Positions 27,904-38,387 are shown, numbered from the stretch's first letter. The stretch is 64,000 bases of DNA from Candidatus Woesearchaeota archaeon (GCA_964587005.1 CAZPJW010000002.1:12487-76486); one strand, 5' to 3'. A program made the numbers and translations. The notes: generated by a model not told the origin, from the sequence alone.

Positions 27904-28638
27904 ATATATTAGAATTATTATGAATGTGGTCAATATACTCCAAACTATTGTTGCGATTGGGGTAAGTACATTGATTAAAAGAATGCTTAGTATGGTAAAT
28001 ATCAGTCCGAATAGGTATAATGGGATAGAACCAAATAATATTTTTGTACCATCTAAATTTCCTAATGGAACAAAAGAGTATATTGCTATAAGTTTAGATA
28101 TTTCTACTAAATTGTTGAATGAATCTAATGGGGAAAGTACTATTGCTAGGAGTAGACAGGCCAAGGGACCGGCTAGATGTATTCTGGCAACTTCAAAATC
28201 CGTTAGGTGAGTGTACTTTTTTCCTGCCCTTTGAGAACTGATTTCTTTTATTTTTGTGTGGGCGATAGTTGCTACGTTTATTAGGCCCATTGAAAGTATT
28301 GAGAATATGATTGGAATAATTAGGCCCACCTTAAAAGATTTGAATTTTGCCCCTAGGAAGCTTAGTTTGGATATTTTTGAAGATTTACTGAACCAGAATC
28401 GCTCTATTCCCCAAATACTCAATGTGGAAGTTGCACCGTGTAATCTAGCTATACTTTTTGTGGATATTAAATAGACCGAATAAGCTATGAATGCAATAAT
28501 TGCTGCCCTAATCCAATTTGCAATGCCTACAGAATAACTTACCGATTCTCCATAGCCCCATTGCGTGTAGGATGTAACAAATCCAAGTATTAGTGCTGCT
28601 CCAACCAAGGTAAAGGCTTCTTTTTTGTCAATTCTCAT
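27886..28638 (-). CDS. Site-2 protease (M50)-like membrane protein lacking HExxH
   Basis: LAGP and FVPLGNLDG retained; the expected HExxH position reads SVYLIS. Confidence 0.65.
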   Translation of the reverse strand: MRIDKKEAFTLVGAALILGFVTSYTQWGYGESVSYSVGIANWIRAAIIAFIAYSVYLISTKSIARLHGATSTLSIWGIERFWFSKSSKISKLSFLGAKFKSFKVGLIIPIIFSILSMGLINVATIAHTKIKEISSQRAGKKYTHLTDFEVARIHLAGPLACLLLAIVLSPLDSFNNLVEISKLIAIYSFVPLGNLDGTKILFGSIPLYLFGLIFTILSILLINVLTPIATIVWSILTTFIIILIYLYRTN

Positions 28639-28758
28639 TTAATATATTTCTTTGAGCGTTTCTTTATAAATTTATTTAAACTATTTTGAAGTGTTTTGGG
28701 AAGGATAATTTTATAAAGATTAAGGGACTTCTCTTTTTATCTTTTAAGGGAGGGAAAA

Positions 28759-29028
28759 ATGCTAAAGACTAAAAAATTGAGTGATGTTTTTAATGTTGAA
28801 GTTTTTACTGACTCCGGAGAATATTTTGGTGATGTTGAAGAATCTATTTTGGCTAACAATAAAATATTTGGGTGGAGAGTTAAGGCTACGAAAAGATCAT
28901 ATTTGACTAAAATCCTTGGAGGAGCAAAAGGAGTTATTGTTCCACATCAATTGGTTAATTCCATAGGCGATGTAATGATCATAAGCAAAGCAGCGATTCC
29001 AAAGATGGATGACGACGAGATGGAATAA
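28759..29028 (+). CDS. PRC-barrel protein (CdpB-like)
   Basis: VFTDSGEYFGDV...VPHQLVNSIGDVMII. Confidence 0.8.
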   Translation: MLKTKKLSDVFNVEVFTDSGEYFGDVEESILANNKIFGWRVKATKRSYLTKILGGAKGVIVPHQLVNSIGDVMIISKAAIPKMDDDEME

Positions 29029-29064
29029 AAAGATTTAAATAGTTTAAATTTTATTTTTTGTTAG

Positions 29065-29613
29065 ATGGCATCTACTTTACAAAATACATTGGAATTTTTG
29101 AAAGGATTTGGTGTATTTGATGTAATTGTTCCTTTCTTGTTATTTTTTGCCATTATTTTTGCATTTTTAGAAAAGACAAGTATACTTGGAAAGAAAAAAT
29201 CTAATGTTAATTTGATAGTTGCTTTATCTGTTTCACTATTAGTTATTGCTACAAATAAGGCGGTTAATTTTATATCTACAGTTATTCCAAATATGATTTT
29301 AATTTTGGTATTGTTAGTATTATTTGTTATGATAACTGGAGTGTTTTTCAAAGAAGGAGATTTTTCTTTTTATGAAAGCCATAAAGGTATGTTTGGTTTT
29401 TTTATGGTTCTTTTATTTATTTTAACAATTGGTTTTGTTTTGAATGCATGGCCTGTTGAAGGAAGCACAACTCTTTTGGAAAGGATGTGGGATGCAATTG
29501 CTTCTGGTTCCTCTGGCGAGGTTGTGGCGGGAGTAGTGTTTTTAGCCGTAATGGTTGGAGCAATAGTCTTTATTATGAAATCAAAGAGTGGTTCGGATAG
29601 TTCGGAGGACTAA
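29065..29613 (+). CDS. Membrane protein, paralog 1 of 3
   Basis: PFLLFFAIIFAFLEKTSILGK. Confidence 0.7.
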   Translation: MASTLQNTLEFLKGFGVFDVIVPFLLFFAIIFAFLEKTSILGKKKSNVNLIVALSVSLLVIATNKAVNFISTVIPNMILILVLLVLFVMITGVFFKEGDFSFYESHKGMFGFFMVLLFILTIGFVLNAWPVEGSTTLLERMWDAIASGSSGEVVAGVVFLAVMVGAIVFIMKSKSGSDSSED

Positions 29614-29618
29614 AGAAA

Positions 29619-30146
29619 ATGGCTTTTGATATATACTCTTTTATTGCTTCTTTAGATAGTTTTGGTTTTTTTCAATATGCAATTCCTTTTTTTATTTCAT
29701 GGTTAATTATCTTTTCTCTTTTTGAGAAAACTAAAATCTTGGGGAAAAATAATACTGCCTTGAATGGAATGCTTTCTCTTTTAATATCACTTACGGTCGT
29801 TACTAATGATGCTTTGATTGCGTTTACTAGTAGGTGGTTGTCTAGTATTTCTATGGGGTTGGTGTTGCTAACAGTTATTTTGTTAGTGTTTATGTTTGTT
29901 AATAAATCTACAGACAGCTGGGTAAAGGTGGTTGGTATTGTTTTGGCAGTTTTTGCCGTGCTTTATGCTTTGGTTGATGCACAGTACTTAGCTGGAATGT
30001 ATGGTGGGAGCATCTCTTGGTGGTTTAGTGATATAATATACACTTTAAGTAGACTTGGTCCGGGAATAATCGGTTTAGGTGTGATTGCAGTTGGATTTTT
30101 CTTGGTGTATAGAAACGCGAAAAAGAGTAATAGTTCCAAATCTTAA
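29619..30146 (+). CDS. Membrane protein, paralog 2 of 3
   Basis: PFFISWLIIFSLFEKTKILGK. Confidence 0.7.
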   Translation: MAFDIYSFIASLDSFGFFQYAIPFFISWLIIFSLFEKTKILGKNNTALNGMLSLLISLTVVTNDALIAFTSRWLSSISMGLVLLTVILLVFMFVNKSTDSWVKVVGIVLAVFAVLYALVDAQYLAGMYGGSISWWFSDIIYTLSRLGPGIIGLGVIAVGFFLVYRNAKKSNSSKS

Positions 30147-30152
30147 TAAAAA

Positions 30153-30662
30153 ATGGCAACTTTATTTGATGGAAACATTGTGGACATTGTAGTTCCTTTA
30201 CTGGTAATGATTTTTGTTTTTTTGATATTGTACGGTCTATTACAGAAGTCTAAAATTCTTGGAGGGAATCAAGCGGTTGATTTCTTTGTTGCTTTGATGG
30301 TTGGAATTTTAACATTTTTTACTGATTCTGCTGTAAAGTTTACGCAGTTTATGAGTGTGTGGCTACTTGTTGCTACAGTCGTGGTAATCTTTTTGATTAT
30401 TCTTTTATCCTTTTTTGCAAAGGGAGATGATTTGGGATTTCCGGATGATATGGACATTAAAAATATTGTTTTCTGGATAGGAATCATTATTCTTGTTATT
30501 GGATTAACTTATGCATTTGGACCGATTTTAACACCTTATGCTCAGGGGGCCGATCCGAATCGTACTATTTTTAGAACTATTTTTCATCCACGGGTTGCGG
30601 GTGCGATTATAATGGTTATAATTATAGCTAATCTAGCTAAGTTATTAAGGCATACAAAATAA
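30153..30662 (+). CDS. Membrane protein, paralog 3 of 3
   Basis: FVFLILYGLLQKSKILGG. Confidence 0.7.
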   Translation: MATLFDGNIVDIVVPLLVMIFVFLILYGLLQKSKILGGNQAVDFFVALMVGILTFFTDSAVKFTQFMSVWLLVATVVVIFLIILLSFFAKGDDLGFPDDMDIKNIVFWIGIIILVIGLTYAFGPILTPYAQGADPNRTIFRTIFHPRVAGAIIMVIIIANLAKLLRHTK

Positions 30663-30666
30663 AAAA

Positions 30667-31350
30667 TTATTTTTTCCTGATTGTTGTTTTTTTAGGAGAA
30701 GATAATTTATCTGCCACTTTTTCTAAATCTTTTACCGATTTTGTTAGTGGAGCCAGAATCTTTTCTAGAACTCTTTCTAGGGCCCTCATCTCGGTTCCTA
30801 TTGTAGTTACCCCTTCTGAATATTCTGAAATTTTTCCCATTAATGCTCTTTGTAAGTTTTCAAATTTTTCTTGAGTTCTAACTAGTTCTTGTTTAACTCC
30901 TTCCAAGTCTATATCAGTTCTTTCTTTCCATAATTTTATGTCGCCCACATTTTGTAGCATCTCGTTCCATTTTTCTTTAATTATGGACTCTGCTATTTCT
31001 TCGATTGCATCATAGCTTGCCCTTTCTAGTGGTTCTGGTGCGAAGTTTGAAGGTTGTTCTTGTAACCTTGGTTGTTCGTTGTGGGAAATGGGCCTTAACT
31101 CCTCTTCTCCGCTAGTTGGAGAGGGGGCGTTCATTAATGCTAAAGGAACTTCTTTGTTTTCTACATTTTCTTGATTGGGCATACTCATTGAAGAAAGCTC
31201 ATTTTTTACAGATGCTTGATCCATGGCATTTGATATTTGTTCATGTTTGTATCCTTCCTGTTGGAGAGTAGATATTATCTCATTATTTTGTAATCCTTGA
31301 TTTTTCATTTGAATTATTCTTTCTGTTGGGATTTCTTTATTTCTTGGCAT
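30667..31350 (-). CDS. Hypothetical protein: small helical N-domain, Pro-rich linker, coiled coil
   Basis: IEEIAESIIKEKW followed by a long heptad region. Confidence 0.7.
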   Translation of the reverse strand: MPRNKEIPTERIIQMKNQGLQNNEIISTLQQEGYKHEQISNAMDQASVKNELSSMSMPNQENVENKEVPLALMNAPSPTSGEEELRPISHNEQPRLQEQPSNFAPEPLERASYDAIEEIAESIIKEKWNEMLQNVGDIKLWKERTDIDLEGVKQELVRTQEKFENLQRALMGKISEYSEGVTTIGTEMRALERVLEKILAPLTKSVKDLEKVADKLSSPKKTTIRKK

Positions 31351-31711
31351 TTTTTAACCTCTTTTCTATTAGTTCTTCTACTTCTTCACGAGTTACTAGT
31401 TTTAATGGGTTCCACATATTAATATATTTTTCTAAAACTTTTACCTCTTCTTTTCTTGCTAAAAATTTTATTTCTTTCATGATTGTTTTTATTGCATTTT
31501 TTAATACTTCAAGAGATTCTTTTATTTCAGAAAGATCTTCTTCAATAGATTTTAGATCAACATTAGTTTTTTTATAATGGTCTAACATATTTTGATTTAT
31601 AATTAGCATACGCTCTCTTGTTAGGTTATACTTCCCCTCAAGGATCCTTAGCCTAGTATTTAACTCATTTAGGTTTGAATATTGGTCATCCATTTGATAT
31701 TTTCCGTTCAT
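31337..31711 (-). CDS. Coiled-coil hypothetical protein
   Basis: Heptads; LEKYINMWNPL; divergent from the pilus ATPase. Confidence 0.7.
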   Translation of the reverse strand: MNGKYQMDDQYSNLNELNTRLRILEGKYNLTRERMLIINQNMLDHYKKTNVDLKSIEEDLSEIKESLEVLKNAIKTIMKEIKFLARKEEVKVLEKYINMWNPLKLVTREEVEELIEKRLKNAKK

Positions 31712-31795
31712 TTTAAAAGCGAAAATATTTTAATTCAATTAAACTATTTAAGATGAAGCATAATAAAAGTTATGTTGTTTTAGCGGAGTGGTAAT

Positions 31796-34090
31796 ATGGC
31801 ATTTTCACAGAAAACACTTGGACCAGGGGAATATGAAATTGTTGAAGAAGGACAACAGCAAGTATTAAGAATTAACTATCTTGGTGTAAGTTTTCCTCCT
31901 TCTATCGAGCATAGTAAACTTTGTATGGGGGATGTGGTCGAAAAGATAATCCAAGCCTCTTCGGTTAGTAGAATTTTATTATCTGCGGATAGAAATTATA
32001 TTTATGGTGATGAGCAAACTCAAATGCTAAGAGAGGTTGCTAATCTTTATGTTTATTTTACAAAACAAAAAAGAATCTTAAGTGGATTTTCTGGATTGGA
32101 TATTGATTACCTAGGTAGAAATCCTGGCAAATTGGCGAGTATTCAGTATGTGGTTAGCAATTTATTGAGAAGTGATCCTATTGGTGCTTTTGTTGAACTG
32201 AAAAGAATGGTTCGGGAACAAAAAATATCTTTGAATAGACTTAAGAATCCAATAACTAGGAAAGAGGAGGAGTCATATCTTAAGTCATTAATTGATATGT
32301 TTAATTTATTATCTAAGTTAAAAATAATCACCTTAGTTAAGGATAACTTAGATGGATATGTTGTGGGAGATAGAAGTATTTATGTGGGGGTTTTTAGACC
32401 GATTATTAGTCCGAATTTTATGCTGACCAGACTTATGGCTCAAATCCCTGTTAACGCTGTGGAAGTTGATGGTTATAATTTGGATGAGGAAACAAACATT
32501 CTTATTTTCTCTTTGAAAAATGATGTAAAAAATTATTACCATATTACGCCTCCAGAATTTAATTTAAGTGATGATAAAATTGAGTTGTTAAATCTGGCTA
32601 GAAATATTTTGGCCGAGCATCAACCAGAAGCAATGGAATTTACTGATCCAGATAAAATGAGAAAAACGTTCCATAATATTGGAAGAGATTTGCTTATGGA
32701 ATTGGCTCAACATCAAAACATTGATTTGGATTTAGAAAATGCAGATAATTTAGCCGATATTTTAGTGAGGTATACTGTTGGCTTTGGTTTGTTAGAAGTT
32801 TTATTGAAAGACGAAAAGATACAAGATATAGTTGTTAATGGCCCTATTGGGGAGACACCAATATTTATTGTTCACCAAGATTATGGAGAATGTGTAACTA
32901 ATATTATTCCAAGTGCTGTTGATGGGGAGAGTTGGGCTACAAGATTTAGGATGATGTCTGGAAGGCCCCTTGACCAAGCCAATCCTGTTTTGGATACTGA
33001 GTTAGATGTTCCCGGTGGAAGAGCAAGAGTTGCAATTATTGGAAACCCATTAAATCCTGTCGGGTTAGGCTATGCCTTGAGAAGACATAGGGATAAACCA
33101 TGGACTTTACCTTTATTTATTGAAAATAAAACTATTAATTATCTTGGTGCTGGGTTGTTGAGTTTTTTAATTGATGGATCTAGAAGTATTTTGATTGGAG
33201 GAACTAGGAGTTCTGGTAAATCTTCTTTGTTGGGTAGTGTTATGGTGGAGATAATGAGAAAATATCGAATTATTACAGTGGAAGATACTTTAGAATTGCC
33301 GGTTAAAGCATTGAGGAGCATGGAATATAATATTCAACCCATGAAAGTTCGTTCTGCATTGGCTGAGGGGGGTTCTGAATTAGCTGCCGATGAAGGAATA
33401 AGAACTAGTTTGAGGTTAGGAGATAGCAGTTTAATTGTTGGAGAGGTAAGAAGTAAAGAAGCTCTTGCTTTGTATGAAGCGATGAGAGTAGGAGCATTGG
33501 CAAATGTTGTTGCTGGGACTATTCATGGAGGGAGTCCCTATGCTATTTTTGATAGGGTTGTAAATGATTTGGGTGTTCCGAGAACTAGTTTCAAGGCAAG
33601 CGATATTATTATAATAGTTAATCCAATTAAATCTCCTGATGGTTTGCATAAGATTAGGAGAATTTTAAGTATAACTGAAGTTAGGAAACATTGGGAAGAT
33701 GATCCTTTAAAAGAAGGTGCTTTTGTTGAACTTATGAAATATAATCCGGAGAGTGATGAATTGGAACCTACGGATAATTTAATAAATGGAGATTCTGAAG
33801 TTATAAAAGAGATTGCTTCGAGTGTTAAGGAATGGGCAGGAAATTGGGATGCTGTTTGGGACAATATTCAACTAAGAGCAGATATAAAAAAGAGTTTAGT
33901 GGAGTTTGCAAAAAAAGAAAAAAGACCAGAACTTTTGGAAAGTGATTTTGTTGTTTTGGCAAATGATGCATTCCATAAGATTTCGGACATAGTTTTGACT
34001 AAAGAAAATGAGTTAGACAGTAAAAAGATTTTGTTTAGGTGGAATGAATGGTTGAAAAAAGAGGCTAAGAATTATGCAGAAAATTCCTAA
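31796..34090 (+). CDS. Type II/IV secretion (pilus assembly) ATPase
   Basis: GGTRSSGKS, VEDTLEL, LRLGDSSLIVGEVR, GTIHG. Confidence 0.9.
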   Translation: MAFSQKTLGPGEYEIVEEGQQQVLRINYLGVSFPPSIEHSKLCMGDVVEKIIQASSVSRILLSADRNYIYGDEQTQMLREVANLYVYFTKQKRILSGFSGLDIDYLGRNPGKLASIQYVVSNLLRSDPIGAFVELKRMVREQKISLNRLKNPITRKEEESYLKSLIDMFNLLSKLKIITLVKDNLDGYVVGDRSIYVGVFRPIISPNFMLTRLMAQIPVNAVEVDGYNLDEETNILIFSLKNDVKNYYHITPPEFNLSDDKIELLNLARNILAEHQPEAMEFTDPDKMRKTFHNIGRDLLMELAQHQNIDLDLENADNLADILVRYTVGFGLLEVLLKDEKIQDIVVNGPIGETPIFIVHQDYGECVTNIIPSAVDGESWATRFRMMSGRPLDQANPVLDTELDVPGGRARVAIIGNPLNPVGLGYALRRHRDKPWTLPLFIENKTINYLGAGLLSFLIDGSRSILIGGTRSSGKSSLLGSVMVEIMRKYRIITVEDTLELPVKALRSMEYNIQPMKVRSALAEGGSELAADEGIRTSLRLGDSSLIVGEVRSKEALALYEAMRVGALANVVAGTIHGGSPYAIFDRVVNDLGVPRTSFKASDIIIIVNPIKSPDGLHKIRRILSITEVRKHWEDDPLKEGAFVELMKYNPESDELEPTDNLINGDSEVIKEIASSVKEWAGNWDAVWDNIQLRADIKKSLVEFAKKEKRPELLESDFVVLANDAFHKISDIVLTKENELDSKKILFRWNEWLKKEAKNYAENS

Positions 34091-36191
34091 GGAAGAAATT
34101 GATAAATTAGTAAAAAAGTATACTTCAAAGTTAGAGAAAGGTGTGAAGAAAGCTGCAAAGGCTCCAAAAAAGAATTCTGAGTTTTCTAGAGAATATGAAA
34201 AATTTAGGGAAGAAGCTATGTCTAAAGTTGCTTCCAGATATGAAAAAATGTCCAAGTTTGCTGGAAGGGTTATTGGTACTAAACCAAATGACAAAATATT
34301 ACCTAAAATTAAAGAGAGTATAGAACTTTCTCACTTAAATATATCTCCCAATGATGTTTCGAGTTTTGCTGTGTTTTATCCTTTAATTATTGGAATGATT
34401 TTTTTATTGGGGGGAATTGTTTCATTTGTTTTTGGAGCAATACCTTTAGCTTTATTCTTATTCTTATTCTTTTTAATTGCTTTATTGTTTATTACTCCAT
34501 TATCGAAGTTTCCTATGAGTATTGCAAATAGATGGAGAGCCAAATCTGGAGATCAATTGGTTTTATGCGTTTTGTATATTGTAATTTATATGAGGCATAC
34601 TTCGAATTTAGAAAATGCTATAAAATTTGCTTCAGACCATCTTGGTGGTTCAATATCTTTAGATTTGAAAAAGATATTCTGGGATGTTGAGGTCGGAAAA
34701 TATTCTACAATCAAAGAAAGTTTGGATAATTATTTGAGATTATGGAGAGAACATAACCTATCTTTTGTTAATTCTGTTCATTTAATTGAAAGTAGTTTGT
34801 ATGAACCAAATGAAGAAAGAAGATTGACACTTCTGGATAAATCATTACAAGTTATTTTGGATGGTGTCTATAATAATATGTTGCACTATGCCCATGAACT
34901 TAAGAATCCTATTACTATGTTGCACATGCTTGGAGTAATTTTACCTATTTTGGGATTGGTTATTTTTCCTTTGTTAGGTGCATTTTTGGGAGGATTCATA
35001 AAATGGTATCATTTGGCAATACTCTATAATTTACTATTGCCTCTGCTGGTTTATTCGATAGGAAATAATATTTTGTCTAAGAGGCCAGCAGGATACTCTG
35101 AAAATTTAATAAGTTATAAGGGTAGGAAAGGCCCGGCCCTTATTTCCATGTTATTAATTTTTCTTTTTGTTGTTATCGGGGTAAGTCCATTCATTTTTAA
35201 TTCAATTGGAATTGGTGAGGATCCTACATTTTTAGGGGGACCCTTTTTTGATTTTGATGATGTTGGTGGAAAGAGCTATGGTCCTTACGGATTTGGTGCA
35301 CTTTTATTGAGTTTGTTTATACCTCTTGGTTTAGGTTTGGGTATTGGAATCTATTTTATTATAAAAACGAAAGGACTTCTGGGTATTAGGAAGAAAGTAA
35401 AAAAATTGGAAAGTGAGTTTTCTTCTGGGTTGTTTCAACTGGGCACTAGGGTCGGAGATGGAATTCCTACTGAAAGAGCATTCAAGGATGTTTCTTCAAC
35501 AATGGAGGGCACCCCTACTGGAGAATTGTTTATGAAAATTCATAATAATTTAAGTAAACTTGGAATGACCTTGAGAGATGCAATTTTTAATAGGGAGAGA
35601 GGCGCAATTAAAGATTTTCCAAGTCCATTAGTTGAAAGTTCTATGGAAGTATTAATAGAAAGTTCAAAGAGGGGCCCGAATGTAGTTTCTCAGTCTATGA
35701 TTAGCATTTCTAATTATGTTAATTCGGTTAGAAATGTGGGTGAGAGACTTAAAGATTTATTGGCAGATATAATTTCTAGCATGAAAAGTCAAATTCATTT
35801 TATGGCTCCAGTTATTGCAGGCATTGTGGTTGGAATTGGGAGTATGATCACAGGAGTTATATCTCAATTAAGTGGAATTTTGGATAAGGCAGCTCAGGGA
35901 CAGGATGCTATTACTGGAGGACTGACCCAGTTGCCCGATTTATTTTTAAAGACAGATACAATTCCCTCTTATTTCTTTCAATTAATTGTTGGAATTTATG
36001 TTGTGCAGATAATTTATATTTTGACAGTGTTAGCAAATGGTGTTGAGGTTGGTGCGGACAAATTGAATGAACATAATAGTGTTGGAAAGAATATGATAAA
36101 GAGTGTTTTGTTGTATACTATTGTAACATTGATTACCGTTTTGATCTTTAATGCTTTGGCTATGTTTGTTTTAGAGAAATCCATAACGTAA
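34074..36191 (+). CDS. Pilus membrane platform protein (TadB/C, FlaJ-like, two repeats)
   Basis: Multi-TM with two cytoplasmic domains; overlaps the ATPase gene. Confidence 0.8.
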   Translation: MQKIPKEEIDKLVKKYTSKLEKGVKKAAKAPKKNSEFSREYEKFREEAMSKVASRYEKMSKFAGRVIGTKPNDKILPKIKESIELSHLNISPNDVSSFAVFYPLIIGMIFLLGGIVSFVFGAIPLALFLFLFFLIALLFITPLSKFPMSIANRWRAKSGDQLVLCVLYIVIYMRHTSNLENAIKFASDHLGGSISLDLKKIFWDVEVGKYSTIKESLDNYLRLWREHNLSFVNSVHLIESSLYEPNEERRLTLLDKSLQVILDGVYNNMLHYAHELKNPITMLHMLGVILPILGLVIFPLLGAFLGGFIKWYHLAILYNLLLPLLVYSIGNNILSKRPAGYSENLISYKGRKGPALISMLLIFLFVVIGVSPFIFNSIGIGEDPTFLGGPFFDFDDVGGKSYGPYGFGALLLSLFIPLGLGLGIGIYFIIKTKGLLGIRKKVKKLESEFSSGLFQLGTRVGDGIPTERAFKDVSSTMEGTPTGELFMKIHNNLSKLGMTLRDAIFNRERGAIKDFPSPLVESSMEVLIESSKRGPNVVSQSMISISNYVNSVRNVGERLKDLLADIISSMKSQIHFMAPVIAGIVVGIGSMITGVISQLSGILDKAAQGQDAITGGLTQLPDLFLKTDTIPSYFFQLIVGIYVVQIIYILTVLANGVEVGADKLNEHNSVGKNMIKSVLLYTIVTLITVLIFNALAMFVLEKSIT

Positions 36192-36222
36192 TATTTATAT
36201 AACTGTGACTATATTTCTGGTT

Positions 36223-36342
36223 ATGAAAAGAGGAGAGTTTTCTGTTAGTTTAGAGGTGGTTGTTACTATTTTATTAGTTTTAATTGCTCTGGCTTTATTT
36301 TTCTTTTATACTATGGGGGGGTTGAATGGACTTGCTCAATAA
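36223..36342 (+). CDS. 39-aa mini pilin-like protein
   Basis: Manual translation MKRG/EFSVSLEVVVTILLVLIALALFFFYTMGGLNGLAQ; class III signal peptide. Confidence 0.65.
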   Translation: MKRGEFSVSLEVVVTILLVLIALALFFFYTMGGLNGLAQ

Positions 36343-37147
36343 AAAGGGAAGATGGATGTTTTTAGTGAAGATGATTTTAGTGTTAATTATTGCAGCAATA
36401 TTTTTGATGGTTTTTCCTACGATGTTAAGTGATAGTGATACTGTTATTGATAGGAGCAAATGTAGGGCGGAAGTCCAGGTGCATGCGGTTAAACTTGCCG
36501 GGACAGGAGTTCCGGGGGAATTAACACAATGCGATCCTATTGAAATAGATTTTGATGAGGGGGATGAGAAAGATTTTATTATGGAAACTATGTCTTATGA
36601 AATGTACAGTTGTTGGAATAAATTTGGGGAGGGAGAGTTAGATTTTATTAGTAATTGGGAGGGAGACAAGAAATGTTATGTTTGCGCAATTATAGATTTT
36701 GATAAAGACTTGCAAGTAACTACTCCAGAAATTATAGGATTTGATAATTATCTGAGAGATGAAGAATTTCCGTATTTTAAAGAGAATAAAAATGTTAGTT
36801 TTTATGAATATTTATATGGTTCTTCTAACGTAGAAGCTATGCCGGACGAATTTGTTATAGACACCACAGATACTAATTATGTTGTGTTTATAGCTGATAA
36901 AACTCAGTATGGAAAGGATATTGCTATTGGGGTGGGTACTGCTGTAGGAAGTGCGGCTGCTTGTGTAGGGTCGATTTATCTTGCTGCTCAAACCGGGGGA
37001 CTTCTTACGCCTGTTGCAGTAGGAGTTTGTAAGTTTGGTGCTGCTGGCGTTGTGGGTGGAATTTTTTATGCTACGAAATATAATAGTGAATTTTATTCGG
37101 GATTGTATATTGGCAAGGCTCAAGGGGTTGTTGAAAAATGTGGCTAG
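36326..37147 (+). CDS. Class III signal peptide (pilin-like) protein
   Basis: NKKG followed by a hydrophobic helix; Cys-rich; second Gly/Ala-rich hydrophobic hairpin near the C-terminus. Confidence 0.7.
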   Translation: MDLLNKKGRWMFLVKMILVLIIAAIFLMVFPTMLSDSDTVIDRSKCRAEVQVHAVKLAGTGVPGELTQCDPIEIDFDEGDEKDFIMETMSYEMYSCWNKFGEGELDFISNWEGDKKCYVCAIIDFDKDLQVTTPEIIGFDNYLRDEEFPYFKENKNVSFYEYLYGSSNVEAMPDEFVIDTTDTNYVVFIADKTQYGKDIAIGVGTAVGSAAACVGSIYLAAQTGGLLTPVAVGVCKFGAAGVVGGIFYATKYNSEFYSGLYIGKAQGVVEKCG

Positions 37148-37299
37148 ATAAAAAAGGTCAATTGGTTTGGGATGATACAACTAAATGGGTATTGGCAATA
37201 ATTTTTATGATTGTTGTTGCTTTGTTAATCTTTGCTAATAAGGAGCTTTTGTTAGAATTAGTTGAGAAGATTAAATTGGCTTTGAGGTTTGGAGGATAG
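37138..37299 (+). CDS. 53-aa mini pilin-like protein
   Basis: Manual translation MWLDKKG/QLVWDDTTKWVLAIIFMIVVALLIFAN... Confidence 0.7.
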   Translation: MWLDKKGQLVWDDTTKWVLAIIFMIVVALLIFANKELLLELVEKIKLALRFGG

Positions 37300-37300
37300 G

Positions 37301-37987
37301 ATGAAAGAAGGTATTTGGCAGATTATATTGGCAATTTTGGCAATTATAATAATTGTGATTGGAGTTTTTCTTTTTCCAAAAATTTCTGAGGCAGGAGAGT
37401 CGTTTAATGGAAACATAAGGAATATATTTAATGGTTTTTTCCCGACACAAGAACAAAAAGATGCTAGGGATAAGTTTGAAAATTATTTTGTAGATTTTAA
37501 AGATGAAGTGTATAAAGAATGTGTTGATTCTTCTGAAATGAATTGTTGGTGTACTAAGGACATGTTTGAATTAACTAATGGCTTTGATTTAAGAATTAGA
37601 AAAGAAGGAGAAGTTTTGGAATTTGATTTTAGTGAAGGAGTAGTAAATTTTGATAGTTATCAATTTCAAAATTTTGATTCTTGTTTGATCACCGAGCATG
37701 GCGATTTTAATATGGGCGATTTGAATGATGAAGGGTTTAGAGTTAGTAGTTTAGGTGATTCTGGTGTTTTGAAATTTGAATTAAAGAACCCAATTACTGT
37801 TATTAAAGAACCCAGTCATGGTGGTTTTGGGGAGACATTGGAAAATGTAGGCTATAGTCCAAATTCTAAGACTGAATTTGAAAAAGAAGTAAATTTGAGT
37901 CTTATGTTTTTTAAAATAAACAATGGAAATGTTTGCATAATTGATAAGGTTAGAGCTAATGAGTATAAGAATTTAAAGGAGTGTTAA
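37301..37987 (+). CDS. Pilin-like secreted protein
   Basis: MKEG/IWQIILAILAIII, Cys pairs. Confidence 0.65.
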   Translation: MKEGIWQIILAILAIIIIVIGVFLFPKISEAGESFNGNIRNIFNGFFPTQEQKDARDKFENYFVDFKDEVYKECVDSSEMNCWCTKDMFELTNGFDLRIRKEGEVLEFDFSEGVVNFDSYQFQNFDSCLITEHGDFNMGDLNDEGFRVSSLGDSGVLKFELKNPITVIKEPSHGGFGETLENVGYSPNSKTEFEKEVNLSLMFFKINNGNVCIIDKVRANEYKNLKEC

Positions 37988-38036
37988 CCAAAAGGTTTAA
38001 AAATATCTTTTGGATAAAATCTATAGAGGTGATTGT

Positions 38037-38387
38037 ATGAATAAGAAAGGTCAGGAGTTGTCAACTAATACGATAATAATTGTCGTCCTAGCTGTTTTAG
38101 TCTTGATTATTGTTGCGGTATTTTTTACTGGTGGCTTTGGAACTTTTATTGATAAGATAAAAGGAATATGGGCACGTAGCGGTCAGGATGTTTCAGAAAT
38201 TGTATTAGAATGTGATTCGGTGTGTAATAATTACGATAATACTGGTTTAGAGGCTTATAAGGATAGTTTCTGTGAGAAAGAGTTTGAGTTGGATATAGAT
38301 GGAGACAAGAAGACCGACCAGTACGTAACTTGTGTAGATCTGCCACAGGTAGCATGTTCGGGAATCTCGGCTGACGATTGCTTCTAA
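38037..38387 (+). CDS. Type IV pilin-like protein (candidate major pilin)
   Basis: MNKKG/QELSTNTIIIVVLAVLVL; own TATA-like element and GAGGTGA SD. Confidence 0.8.
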   Translation: MNKKGQELSTNTIIIVVLAVLVLIIVAVFFTGGFGTFIDKIKGIWARSGQDVSEIVLECDSVCNNYDNTGLEAYKDSFCEKEFELDIDGDKKTDQYVTCVDLPQVACSGISADDCF

